This document shows positions 30,042 through 40,549 of a stretch of DNA of 64,000 nucleotides, one piece after another (position 1 is the stretch's first letter; every line of letters starts with the position of its first letter). The translations under genes were made by a program, and so were the position numbers. The stretch covers positions 1 to 64,000 of IMG/VR virus record IMGVR_UViG_3300011989_000009; one strand, 5' to 3'. The notes beneath the pieces are model-generated. The model had not been told where the DNA came from and searched no databases. It saw only the letters and a list, made by a program, of their open reading frames with translations. This stretch comes from a virus. Taxonomy: Duplodnaviria > Caudoviricetes.

Positions 30042-31508
30042 TTACTTTATGGCTTTCGGTATAATCAACTGCTCGCGGGTAGGAATAAAGATGTTTTCCT
30101 GTTTAGGCAAGAGAACTTTATGATTTACAGCGTCCCACATGGATGGAAGAATATATTGAATCATCTCAAGGCTTCCCCTATAAGCATAGCCGCCAGACAC
30201 ATTTTCAATCACAGCTTCCTCAATAGGAAGGAAACGTCTGTCTGGGAAAACTATTTCAAGAGCGGCGAACCATGGTGCTATCATTGACAAGCTTCCGTGA
30301 TATTCCTTCGCAAGGATCTTACCTGTAGCAATACCGTCTTTATTCAACTCTGGCAATCCTATGAGAGCCTGACACCAGTTGGGGAAACCTGTTTTATCAC
30401 GCAGAACACGATAATCATATACAGTATGCTCCACTCCCACAAGTTCCTTTATGTCTTCTGGCGGTGCAGAAAACTGCCGTTGTATTCTTACAGTCAATGT
30501 GAGTTCTTTTAAAAGCATCTTCTTCTCTATTTTTACCATTTCGCGGAATGCGTCGGCGTGTCGCATGATGCCGAAGTAACACGGCCAGTTACGGTTGGTG
30601 GCATGATGGGCCGAGCGCACGGTGGAGCGCCTGACGGTGACGTAACCTTTATCGAAATCGGTTACGGCCTTGCCTGGGTTGCGATGGAACACGTAGCCGC
30701 AGAAGTCCATACCGTCCTTGTCGATGTCGATAATCTTCACGCCCTTGCGCTTCGCCCTCATGTGATATTCATACCACCATAGGTTGTATATGCGCCATTT
30801 CATTGCGTTCAATTCTTCCTTTGTCTCGAAGGCCATGAAGTTGTCGTCAGCGTAGCGCAATGCCCATGGAGTGTTGTCATGGATGAGAACGTCTGACATG
30901 AGCATCACTATCTGATGAATGTACGGCGAGGACGGAGTGCCGATAGGCAGATAGTTGCCCGCAAAACACACCTTCTCGCCAAAGTCTATCACAGCTTTGT
31001 CGAGCTTCATTCCAAGCAAGCGGTATAGATACTTCATAGCCTTTCTATACAGCGCAATGGTAACATGGGCATAGCACTGCCGCTGGTCGAGCACAAGAAC
31101 ATAATGAAGATTACGCATGTCGTAGAACAGATGCTTCAAAGCATGGCACACGGAATATTCCTCGTTCTTGGCGGTCAAGCCGTGATCGGGAAGACAGTTC
31201 CTTGCCATGCCAATGTTCTTATTAGCCTTTTCGTACAAGGGCGTTACGACTGACAGCCACAACAGTTCGAGCTGTCTGCAACGCAGCATCGGCGCATCAA
31301 TGGCGCGACGCTTTCCGTTTTTGTTGGTTTTGTTTAATTTTCTAAATTTTACGTATTGGGTCCATGTGCCATCTTGCAGGCTATGGCAGAGCTTATCCAC
31401 CTCGACATCGAAGTCTTCCCTGAAGGCAATAACCTCCGGGTTCTTGGCGTGGTGTACAAAGCTCTTCTTTGCCACCGTCTCGACTTGAAATCTTGTGAAT
31501 GTAAGCAT
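30042..31508 (-). CDS. DGR reverse transcriptase with ~150-aa C-terminal extension
   Basis: GKRRAID, LPIGTPSS, LRYADD, DFCGY; directly downstream of the TR. Confidence 0.93.
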   Translation of the reverse strand: MLTFTRFQVETVAKKSFVHHAKNPEVIAFREDFDVEVDKLCHSLQDGTWTQYVKFRKLNKTNKNGKRRAIDAPMLRCRQLELLWLSVVTPLYEKANKNIGMARNCLPDHGLTAKNEEYSVCHALKHLFYDMRNLHYVLVLDQRQCYAHVTIALYRKAMKYLYRLLGMKLDKAVIDFGEKVCFAGNYLPIGTPSSPYIHQIVMLMSDVLIHDNTPWALRYADDNFMAFETKEELNAMKWRIYNLWWYEYHMRAKRKGVKIIDIDKDGMDFCGYVFHRNPGKAVTDFDKGYVTVRRSTVRSAHHATNRNWPCYFGIMRHADAFREMVKIEKKMLLKELTLTVRIQRQFSAPPEDIKELVGVEHTVYDYRVLRDKTGFPNWCQALIGLPELNKDGIATGKILAKEYHGSLSMIAPWFAALEIVFPDRRFLPIEEAVIENVSGGYAYRGSLEMIQYILPSMWDAVNHKVLLPKQENIFIPTREQLIIPKAIK

Positions 31509-31671
31509 CTGTCAGTTGTCTTTATGATGACGGCCCTGGGCCGAAAAGCGGTGCTACCTGTCACATCCTTGCGGATGCCGCTGCCGCGTGGTCTTGAATT
31601 TCGGGACTGCTGCCCACGATGTGCTAAGCCTGTATCTTTATTCCATGAGGACAAGTCCTCAATCCCAGTTT

Positions 31672-31786
31672 CTGGGCACGACCCGCATTGTTGCGGTTGG
31701 CATTGCTGACAGCGTTGTTGCAATTCAACGAACGCGGGGCACAATTGCCGTTGTTGGCATTGATGCCGAAACGCAAAGCGAGCCTT
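31672..31786 (-). ncRNA. DGR template repeat (TR)
   Basis: 115 bp, AAC/AAT-rich; differs from 32091-32205 at 11 positions, all TR adenines on the coding strand. Confidence 0.95.
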
Positions 31787-31994
31787 CTCGCACACCGTTC
31801 TTTCAACCCCGCCTTTCCGGGTTCGGAGCCTCAGTCCCAATGCAGAGGTTGCCCGATGACGGCGGGGGTTTGCTGTATCTTTTAATTTAAGAGGTGTCAA
31901 ACTTCATATCTTTCTTTGTTATATGTATTCAAGTGTTAAAATGCGTTTATGCACGCCTTACGGCGTGGAAGTTACCGAGATAAACACGGAAAGG

Positions 31995-32067
31995 AAAGCG
32001 GCTTGCAGCCGCTTTTATCCCGCTTGCAGCGGGGTTGCACCCCGGCTGCGCCTTGCGCCTGCGGCGC
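31995..32067 (-). promoter_or_regulatory. Cluster of four GCA-loop hairpins downstream of the VR (DGR target-recognition element)
   Basis: Stems at 31995-32015, 32019-32033, 32031-32043 and 32055-32067, each with loop GCA on the minus strand. Confidence 0.7.
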
Positions 32068-35000
32068 TACTGCGTTATGCTCACGCGGGCCTGGGCACGA
32101 CCCGCATTGTAGCGGAGGGCAGAGCTGACAGCGCTGTGGCAATTCAACGAACGCGGGGCACAATTGCCGTGGGTGGCACTGAGGCCGAAACGCAAAGCGA
32201 GCCTTGTTCTCTGGCCGACACCCGTGGTGTTGTACCAGTTATCGTTCCAGATATACATGCTGTCACCTTTCGATGAGCCAGTGGAACTATCAACCGCAAA
32301 CGGAGAGTAAGGGAAGCGGTTCTTACGCCATCCGTTGCTCACGGTCACGATGCCTGCACTGTCACCGTCAATAAGCTTGATGTAGCTGTCCTCAAAGCCA
32401 AATTTGGTGCTTGTGTTCGCTACGGTTACGGTTGTAATCTTCTTCCACTTGCTTTGGTCTGGTTGCAGCCAAAAGTTGATAGTGTTGCCGTATTGATTGA
32501 CGTCTTGTTTGGCAAGAATGGTAGCCACTAATTCGGCACCTCCACCGCAATAGCGGAAGACATCGCCTGACAACTCAGCTCCGGCAAAGAGACTCATGCG
32601 CAAACGGAACTCACAGGTCATAGCACCCTCGGTGGCATCAGTGTAGCTGTAAGAGGTAATCTTATACACACGGACGTTCATGTAGCCCTTGCTCAGACCG
32701 TCCACACCATTCACGTCCATGTAATAGTATTTGTTGCCGTACATGTAGAACGTGTGCTCTTTGCCGCTCTCTGTGGTGGCAGCAATGCCAAGCTCTACGG
32801 CCATGGATGCGGCCAACTGCGCTTCCATGCACGCTGCCTTCGGAGCATAACCGTTTACGAAGTTTGACCAATAAGTTGTAGCGGACACACCGTCCACGTT
32901 GAACGCATGGGTCGCACCCCATGAGGCATAGGTATAGTCAGTAGCGGATGACTTCTTAAACTTTACACCACCCACCTTGAAGAAGTTGGAGGCGCTTGGG
33001 CCATCGTTGGATGAGATGCCACTGCCATAGCGGTCAACATCAACGAGGTTCTGCGAGCTCATGGTGAGCTCAACGAAACTGATGAAGGCATCCAGCGTAA
33101 AGTAACCACCCTCGGCCATCGGCACGGGTGAGTCGGCATCTTTATTGTTGGCCCGGCAATAGGTCATGCTGGTAATCTGACTGACATCCATACACCGAGG
33201 ATAGGCGCGGCCTTCCTTGTACGGCGTGATAGAGGGAAGATTGGCACCCTGCCAATCGGCTACCGTCGCGCCGCAACTACCCTGCGAGTTGGCGTCGTCG
33301 GAGGCAAAGAGGTAGAAGAAGTCGCGGGCCTTGCCGCCGATGGTAGTGAAGGCACCGGGTGAGAGTACCGTCGTGGGCAGAGCGTACTTGGTAAGGTCGA
33401 TGCCGTCCCACTCGGTAACGTCTGTAAAGATACCCTTCCACTTCTTGCCTGAGTCACCCTTCACATTGTCGAGGAAATAAACCGTACCATCAAGATAACC
33501 CACGCCGATACTGTACTTTGTCTCGGTTGTCTCCCATGGGCGCAACTTATGGCTGACGGCTGAGATGAAGCCGTCTGAGGCTTTCTTATATAGCGTGCGA
33601 GGCTTGCTGCCTGTCTTCATAAGAGGCTTGTCGTAGGTCTCCCACTCCGTGATGGCGTTGTACTTTCCCTGAGCATAGGCAACAGTCTTAGCCGCAGAGT
33701 CGGAATAAAGGATATTGTCGGTACATTCCTTCTTCATATCCTCGGTTATGCCCACCACGGGAGCGTAGCTGCCATCGGCGTAGCGGAGAATGTTATTGCG
33801 CATGAGCTTGGCGGCCGGGTACTCGGTGCGGGCGTTGCCGTCTGCATCGGTGTTGTCGGTGACATCGAAGAGGGCGAAGTCGAGGTTTTTCAAGAATGCC
33901 TTGTTGCCATGATGACCTATTGCGTCGCAATTGTCGCCAAAAAAATCGTATTCGTCGCAGTAGTTGTCACCCCAGAGGTCAGGATAATTGGGCTCATAAT
34001 CTACTACCAATTTAGGCAGCTTGTCGGCTGACGTAGCGCCAAGCTCCTTGAGGTTGGTGACGAGCGTCTCGCCGGTCTTGGTGTCAGCTTCGGAACCAAT
34101 CTTCACGTAGTTGCCATCCTTATCCTCCATGTACCACTTGATAGTGTATAGTACGTCGCAGAGGTTGCGGGTGTCGCCTTCCGTCGCTTTCAGCGGATTC
34201 GTGGCCAGGTTGAGCACTACGCCGCCGCTCTCGATGAAGAACCGGCGGATGACGGGCACCTTGGACAGGTCGGAGGCATTGAAGTCCTTTTGCTGGATCA
34301 TGTCGTTGGCCACGGTGACAAAGCGCTTGCCGGTGATAGGTGGCAGGGCCACGCCGAGTTTGAAGGATGTCTCCAAGAAGCCGAGGGTCTTGCTGGGTAG
34401 GATCTGACCGGCTGCATCGGCATAATCGACTAATTCGCCGTAGGGGATAAAGCCTGCCTTGCAGATGAGCTCTACGTTACGCATCTTGGCCATGTTGACC
34501 ACGCACTCCTTGTTCCACGTACCGTCAGCGTACTTCGTGCCAGTGAACCAGTCGTTGTTATCAGTGATGCGGGTCAACTGATTCTGACGATTTTTATAGT
34601 ACCAGAAATAGAAGGCGTTGCCCGTGCGCTTTGTGCCCGTGTAGGCGTCGGCCACGGTGAGATTGCCGTCATATTCCTGGCAGCGGCAATGCACCATCCA
34701 GTTCGTGCCTTTGGAGTTGAGCGGGCGGAGGATGGGGTTGAGGATGAAGTTCTCGCTGCCGTAAGGTGCGTCGGCCGCGCCTTTTTCAATACGCAGCTCC
34801 AGACGGGTGACGGTGTTGATGTTCGTGGTGAGCTTCACGTTGTCGATGGTGGTGACCGACGTACCCTTCACGGGGTCGGTGAAGGTGATCACGGCGAAGA
34901 TGCGGGCGCCGGTCTGCGTGTCGGGGAGGTTGCCCTTATAGGTAAGCTCATGGGCTGTGCCGTCAACAGTGAAGGCATTGCCCATGTCGGCTATCTTCAC

Positions 35001-35276
35001 CATCTTGCTGATGTCGTCCGATGAACCTTTCTTGGCATAATACCAAGCCACGCTGGTCACTGTGCCAACTGACCGTTGCGAGCCGTCGGCCTTGTTAGGG
35101 TCGTTGATGACCACGTGAGTGCCAAGTACGAGGGCATTGGACGTGGCGGTGCGGTCGGGCGAATACTCACCGGTGGCGTTGTGGTATATCTGTGACAGGG
35201 AGCCGCTCTTGACGTAGAGCTGAGCCGAATAGTTAATCGGCTTGGAGACAGCCCCTAATTGTAATTTCTCTATCAT
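32067..35276 (-). CDS. DGR target protein (tail adhesin with C-terminal CLec-like domain)
   Basis: C-terminal RLALRFGLSATHGNCAPRSLNCHSAVSSALRYNAGRAQ is the VR. Confidence 0.88.
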   Translation of the reverse strand: MIEKLQLGAVSKPINYSAQLYVKSGSLSQIYHNATGEYSPDRTATSNALVLGTHVVINDPNKADGSQRSVGTVTSVAWYYAKKGSSDDISKMVKIADMGNAFTVDGTAHELTYKGNLPDTQTGARIFAVITFTDPVKGTSVTTIDNVKLTTNINTVTRLELRIEKGAADAPYGSENFILNPILRPLNSKGTNWMVHCRCQEYDGNLTVADAYTGTKRTGNAFYFWYYKNRQNQLTRITDNNDWFTGTKYADGTWNKECVVNMAKMRNVELICKAGFIPYGELVDYADAAGQILPSKTLGFLETSFKLGVALPPITGKRFVTVANDMIQQKDFNASDLSKVPVIRRFFIESGGVVLNLATNPLKATEGDTRNLCDVLYTIKWYMEDKDGNYVKIGSEADTKTGETLVTNLKELGATSADKLPKLVVDYEPNYPDLWGDNYCDEYDFFGDNCDAIGHHGNKAFLKNLDFALFDVTDNTDADGNARTEYPAAKLMRNNILRYADGSYAPVVGITEDMKKECTDNILYSDSAAKTVAYAQGKYNAITEWETYDKPLMKTGSKPRTLYKKASDGFISAVSHKLRPWETTETKYSIGVGYLDGTVYFLDNVKGDSGKKWKGIFTDVTEWDGIDLTKYALPTTVLSPGAFTTIGGKARDFFYLFASDDANSQGSCGATVADWQGANLPSITPYKEGRAYPRCMDVSQITSMTYCRANNKDADSPVPMAEGGYFTLDAFISFVELTMSSQNLVDVDRYGSGISSNDGPSASNFFKVGGVKFKKSSATDYTYASWGATHAFNVDGVSATTYWSNFVNGYAPKAACMEAQLAASMAVELGIAATTESGKEHTFYMYGNKYYYMDVNGVDGLSKGYMNVRVYKITSYSYTDATEGAMTCEFRLRMSLFAGAELSGDVFRYCGGGAELVATILAKQDVNQYGNTINFWLQPDQSKWKKITTVTVANTSTKFGFEDSYIKLIDGDSAGIVTVSNGWRKNRFPYSPFAVDSSTGSSKGDSMYIWNDNWYNTTGVGQRTRLALRFGLSATHGNCAPRSLNCHSAVSSALRYNAGRAQARVSITQ
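32091..32205 (-). repeat. DGR variable repeat (VR)
   Basis: At the 3' end of the 1069-aa gene; A-specific mismatches against the TR. Confidence 0.95.
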
Positions 35277-35294
35277 GATTATTCACTTTAATGG

Positions 35295-36434
35295 TTATGA
35301 ATTGGCGGGTTCGGCTGATAAGTACCAGTTGACGGAGCCTCCGGCGGCAATGATGCCTGCATAGGTATATTTCCACGCTGCGCCAGAAACAGAACCGTTC
35401 TCGATTGTTGGGTCAAAGGTCGTACCATCAGCCTTTTTCAATACCCATGTGAAGTCGTATTTAGTGCCAGTGACCTCCGTGCCATCACTCTTTACTACAT
35501 GCGCCGTTCGGGTGACGGTTTCGCCTGCCTGAATCTTTTGGTCGATATGCGTGCCGCTGCCGGATGCGAACGTACTGATCTCGGTAACCTCGATGTGGTA
35601 GGGGTCGGAATAGTCCTTCACGCGGTAGTAGCCGCGATAGGTCTTGCCGCCGATGGTGGCGATACAGACAAACAGGCCATCACCATTCACCATGTCGGCT
35701 GAAACGGTGAGCTTGGATGTCGTTGCGCTCGAAATGTTGCTCTCGGTACCTGCGCTTGCGTCAGCCCACTGAAGCGAAGCATCACTGGTGACCTCGGTGG
35801 TGGCTCCATACTTATACACCTTTGCTACAAGCTCGGCTGCGTTACCCTCGCTGTCGATGTCGCCCTTGCCTGCCTCACTGCTGATACGGACTACATAGGT
35901 GTTGCCGCCATTGACAGTCTGCACACACTGGACGGTTTCAGTATTGGAACGCACGTCCTGCGTGTTGGCGCCTTCGAGGGTGACCTGGCCGGTGACGTAG
36001 AAATCGTCGGAGTCGGCATTGGCGGAGCCAAAGACATCCTTGATAATCTCGAAGACTGGCACGTTCTGATAGGTGTTGCCATCGCTGTACTTCACGCTGG
36101 CCAGTAAGCGGCGGATGGTTCCTGCTGGCAGGATGTTCGTATTGAGATTGTTGCTGTCGAAGGTCATAAGGGCTGAGTTGCCGCTGCCGCCGTTCCAGTA
36201 AAGGTTGACGTTGGCCAGACTGTCGCTGCCAAGCACGTAGCTCTTGCCCTCGGAGTCGGTGACCTCAGCATAGAACTTAGGGCCGGCATTCTTCCATGAC
36301 GGACTGACGGTTGACGTTGAGTTGTCCCAGAACTGGAAGAAGTCAACGTCGTTGATACGGCGGATTTTACAGGTAAGTGACTTACCATTGATGACGGCAT
36401 TGATGGTACCGCTGTTGGATATAATTTTCTTCAT
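35295..36434 (-). CDS. Ig-like tail protein
   Basis: Beta-rich, LQW..SKLTVS..FVCIAT pattern. Confidence 0.6.
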   Translation of the reverse strand: MKKIISNSGTINAVINGKSLTCKIRRINDVDFFQFWDNSTSTVSPSWKNAGPKFYAEVTDSEGKSYVLGSDSLANVNLYWNGGSGNSALMTFDSNNLNTNILPAGTIRRLLASVKYSDGNTYQNVPVFEIIKDVFGSANADSDDFYVTGQVTLEGANTQDVRSNTETVQCVQTVNGGNTYVVRISSEAGKGDIDSEGNAAELVAKVYKYGATTEVTSDASLQWADASAGTESNISSATTSKLTVSADMVNGDGLFVCIATIGGKTYRGYYRVKDYSDPYHIEVTEISTFASGSGTHIDQKIQAGETVTRTAHVVKSDGTEVTGTKYDFTWVLKKADGTTFDPTIENGSVSGAAWKYTYAGIIAAGGSVNWYLSAEPANS

Positions 36435-36436
36435 GG

Positions 36437-36667
36437 TTAATCAGCGTTTGAAGTTGATGAGTCGGATTCGGAGGCCGTTGATGTACGAAGGTTGGTAAGG
36501 TCGGCCTCATTGATGATCTCTACCTTGCCATACGAGAAACGGGTGAAGCGTACCACGTCGTTGATGGGCACGACTGAGCGGCCATCGGGCAATACCTCGT
36601 AGCCGTCGGAAGCGAGGAACACGCCCCGCCTCTCTGTAATTTCTTTTGGAACTAAAACAAAATACAT
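36437..36667 (-). CDS. Small hypothetical tail-associated protein
   Basis: 76-aa ORF in operon. Confidence 0.6.
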   Translation of the reverse strand: MYFVLVPKEITERRGVFLASDGYEVLPDGRSVVPINDVVRFTRFSYGKVEIINEADLTNLRTSTASESDSSTSNAD

Positions 36668-36686
36668 AGCTATTTATTTTTGATGA

Positions 36687-39323
36687 TTAAACTGATGCGA
36701 TGCCTGTTGGCTCGGCCAACGTCACGGTCTTGGCATTATAGGTCGTGTCGGTATAGATGGTAGCCGTGAGGGTGTATTTCACCTGCAAGCGCTTCTCCCA
36801 TTGTGAGCCGCAGTCCTTACGTCCGGTGGGCTCGTTGGCGTACTGATGGACGCAGAGGATGTTGGGGTGCTGCGTGCCGTCCTTATCGGTGAGGATGGTG
36901 GGCACCCAAGATTTGTCCTCACTCTCGATGCCGCTGTCACGGGTCCATACAAAGGTGTTGCGGGAGTCGGCCAATACGGTGGCCGTGATGTCTTCGTCGC
37001 CGAACATGATGCGCCCGGTGAATTGCAGATCGACGCGGCTGACGGAGACGAACGGGCCAACGTTGGAGCTGAACTTGATGCGCAGGTCATTCTTACCCGT
37101 GAGGCGCTTGACGAAAGGCATGGTCAGGATGGAGTCGCCTTTCTTGGCGGTGACGGTGAAGGTCACGGCCTGCGTCATGGCGGCAAGGGTGAGGTCGTCG
37201 GCGGTGAGCTCGAAGGTGTTGGTGGCGATGGAAGCATGGGCGGTGTTCCATACGGTGTCAGCGTCGGTGTTGCCGCTGTTGCGGGTGACGGAGAAGCCGT
37301 AGCCGGAGGTGATGTCGGCATCGGCATTGGCCGCAAGGGCATCCTGCACCTTGAGGGTCACGATGTCGGTATCTGAGACGTACATGCTCTCGCCAGTCGA
37401 TTCGGCAATGGTGAGCACCGGCTTGCCCGCTGAGGGGATGCCCTTGACGTAAATCTTCCAGATTGGCGATGTTAGCTTTGGCTCACGGTAGGCTTCATCG
37501 TAGTCGTTGGTGGTCTCGCCTACATTCACGATACATTGCCAAAGTTTATCCGAGTGGCGCACTACGTCGTTGTGGCCGCAGACCATCTTGTCGTTCCAGT
37601 CGTCGCGGAAACAGATAACGGTATCGGCGGCGTCCCTTTGGGCGTAGGGGGCAATGATGAAATGGTCGCTCGAAAAGCGTACCATGGTGGGAAGGATGCA
37701 GTCGGTCATGTACTGCTCCATGGCCGACCCATCGACGGGATGGTCGATCTGGGTGTAGGTGAGCAGGCCGCCCTCACTGACTGACATGAGCAGTACATTG
37801 CCGCGGATCTTGTAGGCACCCTTGGTATAGGTAGTCTCATTGGTAAAAGCGTTACCCCACTGCACTATATCATCCTGCGCCTGCGGTACGTCCTCACCAT
37901 CGATGGAGTCGGTGCAGACGAGCTTGGCTGTCTGACTGTTGCCATCGGAGTCGGTGTAGGGGTATTCGATGGTGTTGCTATCGTCTATGGCGAGGTCGAT
38001 GTAGCCGTATTTTTTCGTGGCGTCGAGTCCATCGACGGTGACTGGTTCTGAGCTGGCAGCTATTACTAACCGATTGTAGTAGCGGGTGGCGGTGTAGCCG
38101 CTTTTGCCTGTCTTGATGTTCGACGTCTTGCACTTGGCGAAGTCACCAACCTGCCAGTTGTTGATGGTCTGAGTGGTGCCGTCGTCTTGTGTGTAATAAC
38201 AGCGGTAGCGGTCGGCCTTGACCTCGACATAGACGATATGGGAACCGGCCTTCGTAAAGGCGTAGTCACCAGCCACTCGACTGAGGACGCGCACCTCCAG
38301 TTGCTCGGCGGTCATCTTTGTGCGGACGGTGAGGTAGTCGATGTAGCCGTAGCTCACGCCGTCCTTCATGAGCATACCGAGGCCGGAGCCGAAGCGTGGG
38401 TTGTCTGTGTTGAAGTCCTTGCTCTTAAGGTACTCAGCCACCTCTCCTGCAAGCGTGGCGATACCGTCCTTGTCAATGCCATAAGTGCCGTCTCCTACGG
38501 TGGCACCGCCGACCATGCTTGTCTTCCCGCCCACCTTTGCCTTGCCCGTCACCTCGGCCTCGCCCATGGTGAGCTTGTGAGCCGTGATGTCATCGTGCGT
38601 CTTGCTCAACCATTTTGTCTCGCCATATTTCGGCGTCACAAGGGTGTCGTCGGAAGTGACAGGGGTAGAAGAAGAAGACACACCGTTGATGAGATGACCA
38701 TTGAGGACGAGCTGCTTGATAGATGCCCATGCAGAGGTCAGCTTATTGATGATGGCCTCAGAAATGGCTTTGAGGAACTTGACGGTATCGGCAGAGGAAT
38801 TGTAATCCCACCATTTACCTTCGCCACCGGAAGCCAGCGCTTCATCGGACGCGAGGGTACCGGTGTCGATCTCCTGCGTCCATGTACGGGCATGAGAACC
38901 ACCATCGGAATAAGAATCCGAGATGATGCCCTGCGTGAAGATATAGTAGTAGTCCGTTGAGCCGATCTGCTCGCCTTTGGCATTCTTTCCGTAGATGTCG
39001 ATTTTTTCCGACGGGAAGACGACGACGGCCATGGCGTCGGCGGCTGCTGACTTCGGTATGGCGATATAGACGTAGCGCGCCACGTTGTCGTGGAAGACGG
39101 TAGGAGAGGCCGTCAACTGCCAACGGCGGTAGTTGTGACCGCTGTCATAACCCAACTCATTGATGCCGTCGACATGGCACATGATGACAGAACCCGACGA
39201 GCAATTGGCATGGATATAGTTGTAATCGCCTGCCGCGTTGAGCTGGATATAGATTGCATACGACGACATCCAGTAGTTGGCCGGACGCGCCTCTGTCATC
39301 TTATAAGTAGGTGTTTCTGCCAT
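36687..39323 (-). CDS. Tail protein
   Basis: YIDYLTVR..LEVR, YYNRLV and DVPQAQDDIVQWGN motifs common in Bacteroidota phage tail proteins. Confidence 0.7.
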   Translation of the reverse strand: MAETPTYKMTEARPANYWMSSYAIYIQLNAAGDYNYIHANCSSGSVIMCHVDGINELGYDSGHNYRRWQLTASPTVFHDNVARYVYIAIPKSAAADAMAVVVFPSEKIDIYGKNAKGEQIGSTDYYYIFTQGIISDSYSDGGSHARTWTQEIDTGTLASDEALASGGEGKWWDYNSSADTVKFLKAISEAIINKLTSAWASIKQLVLNGHLINGVSSSSTPVTSDDTLVTPKYGETKWLSKTHDDITAHKLTMGEAEVTGKAKVGGKTSMVGGATVGDGTYGIDKDGIATLAGEVAEYLKSKDFNTDNPRFGSGLGMLMKDGVSYGYIDYLTVRTKMTAEQLEVRVLSRVAGDYAFTKAGSHIVYVEVKADRYRCYYTQDDGTTQTINNWQVGDFAKCKTSNIKTGKSGYTATRYYNRLVIAASSEPVTVDGLDATKKYGYIDLAIDDSNTIEYPYTDSDGNSQTAKLVCTDSIDGEDVPQAQDDIVQWGNAFTNETTYTKGAYKIRGNVLLMSVSEGGLLTYTQIDHPVDGSAMEQYMTDCILPTMVRFSSDHFIIAPYAQRDAADTVICFRDDWNDKMVCGHNDVVRHSDKLWQCIVNVGETTNDYDEAYREPKLTSPIWKIYVKGIPSAGKPVLTIAESTGESMYVSDTDIVTLKVQDALAANADADITSGYGFSVTRNSGNTDADTVWNTAHASIATNTFELTADDLTLAAMTQAVTFTVTAKKGDSILTMPFVKRLTGKNDLRIKFSSNVGPFVSVSRVDLQFTGRIMFGDEDITATVLADSRNTFVWTRDSGIESEDKSWVPTILTDKDGTQHPNILCVHQYANEPTGRKDCGSQWEKRLQVKYTLTATIYTDTTYNAKTVTLAEPTGIASV

Positions 39324-39335
39324 GGTACAAACGGA

Positions 39336-40484
39336 TTAGATAGCGGGGGTGATAAACATGGCGTTACCCTCCTGGTTGTTCTGGAACTGAGGAGTGTAAT
39401 CATTCGTCTCATCATCGTCTACAGTGGCATAGAGCGGTGACTTCTTGAAGGCGTCGAGAGCGGCATCAGGAAGCTCTTTGTAATGGACGGTGATAAACTC
39501 GCCCAAGTCCTGCACGAGGCGGTTGCCCTCGGTGCGTGCCGTCTCACGCCGCTGATCCGTCGTGCGGAACTGCATCGTGCGGCTCTCCAGCAACCGCGCC
39601 ATGGCCTTACGTGCCTTGTGGATGATGCGCAACAACAGACGCTGCTGACTCTCCGTCAACGTCTTGCTATCCTCACTAACAGTCTCCCCCAATTGTTGTG
39701 ACATCGTGACGATATATTCCGTCAGATCATCGCCGATGGCCGGTGCAAGCACATCTTCTTGCAGATAACGCAGGTCTGGCAACATCTGAATGAACTTTTC
39801 ACGACTGTCATAGATATTGAGATATTCCTGCAAGACGGATGCGGAAGGAATGATGAGCGAGGCAGCAAGGAAGAAATAACGGCTCTTACGCCACAGTGCC
39901 ACAATCTCTTTTTCCTCCGTCAACGTATCTTCGGAAGACGTTTCATCAGTTGATGAATTAATAGTTTCATCAGTTGATGAATTGATGTTCTCATCAGTTG
40001 ATGATTTATCAGATAACTGGGCAATGTCTTTTGTCCAGTCCTCCAACACGACGAGGATGCGGTTGACGGCTGCGTGTGCCTCTTTTACACACGTAGCTTT
40101 GTAGTTCCTCACTGCGTCGTTGTCGGCCTTGGCATAGTCAGTGGCGGTGGCAACATTCACACCCGCACCATTGACGGAGATAGCCTGCATATCCACAGCC
40201 CGGCCCAGGGCATCGAAGGTGACACAACGCTGACAGAGGTTGAGCAAACGGGCATAGGGCGTAAGTGCGTCGCCGTTGACAATACTGCTAACAAACGTCT
40301 CTACCTTGCCGTTGTCACGCAACTGACGATAATAGGCTGTGAGAGAATCATAGAGCTTCTGGCCCAACTTCTCAGAGAGGAAATCCTGCTCTGAGGAGTC
40401 GAGAAAACCCTGTATCGTGTCGATATTATCTATTGCGTTGGCAGGCGAATAAAGCCGCAATTCTTCGAGTGTTGAAACAATCAT
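39336..40484 (-). CDS. DUF6712-like putative head-tail adaptor
   Basis: MIVSTLEELRLY.. N-terminus; carries an in-frame SSTDE repeat insertion. Confidence 0.55.
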   Translation of the reverse strand: MIVSTLEELRLYSPANAIDNIDTIQGFLDSSEQDFLSEKLGQKLYDSLTAYYRQLRDNGKVETFVSSIVNGDALTPYARLLNLCQRCVTFDALGRAVDMQAISVNGAGVNVATATDYAKADNDAVRNYKATCVKEAHAAVNRILVVLEDWTKDIAQLSDKSSTDENINSSTDETINSSTDETSSEDTLTEEKEIVALWRKSRYFFLAASLIIPSASVLQEYLNIYDSREKFIQMLPDLRYLQEDVLAPAIGDDLTEYIVTMSQQLGETVSEDSKTLTESQQRLLLRIIHKARKAMARLLESRTMQFRTTDQRRETARTEGNRLVQDLGEFITVHYKELPDAALDAFKKSPLYATVDDDETNDYTPQFQNNQEGNAMFITPAI

Positions 40485-40549
40485 CTTCCAATTCTTTTTG
40501 TTACCACAAATTTACAAAAATGAAAAGTGAAGATGCGGACACATACGAG

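Noticed and set aside
30042-31508. Group II intron, retron or Abi-type RT
   Set aside because: The adjacent TR/VR pair with strictly adenine-specific differences identifies a DGR
31349-31900. ORFs over the TR as avd or a protein gene
   Set aside because: They are translations of the TR and its structured flanks, with no Avd-like helical sequence
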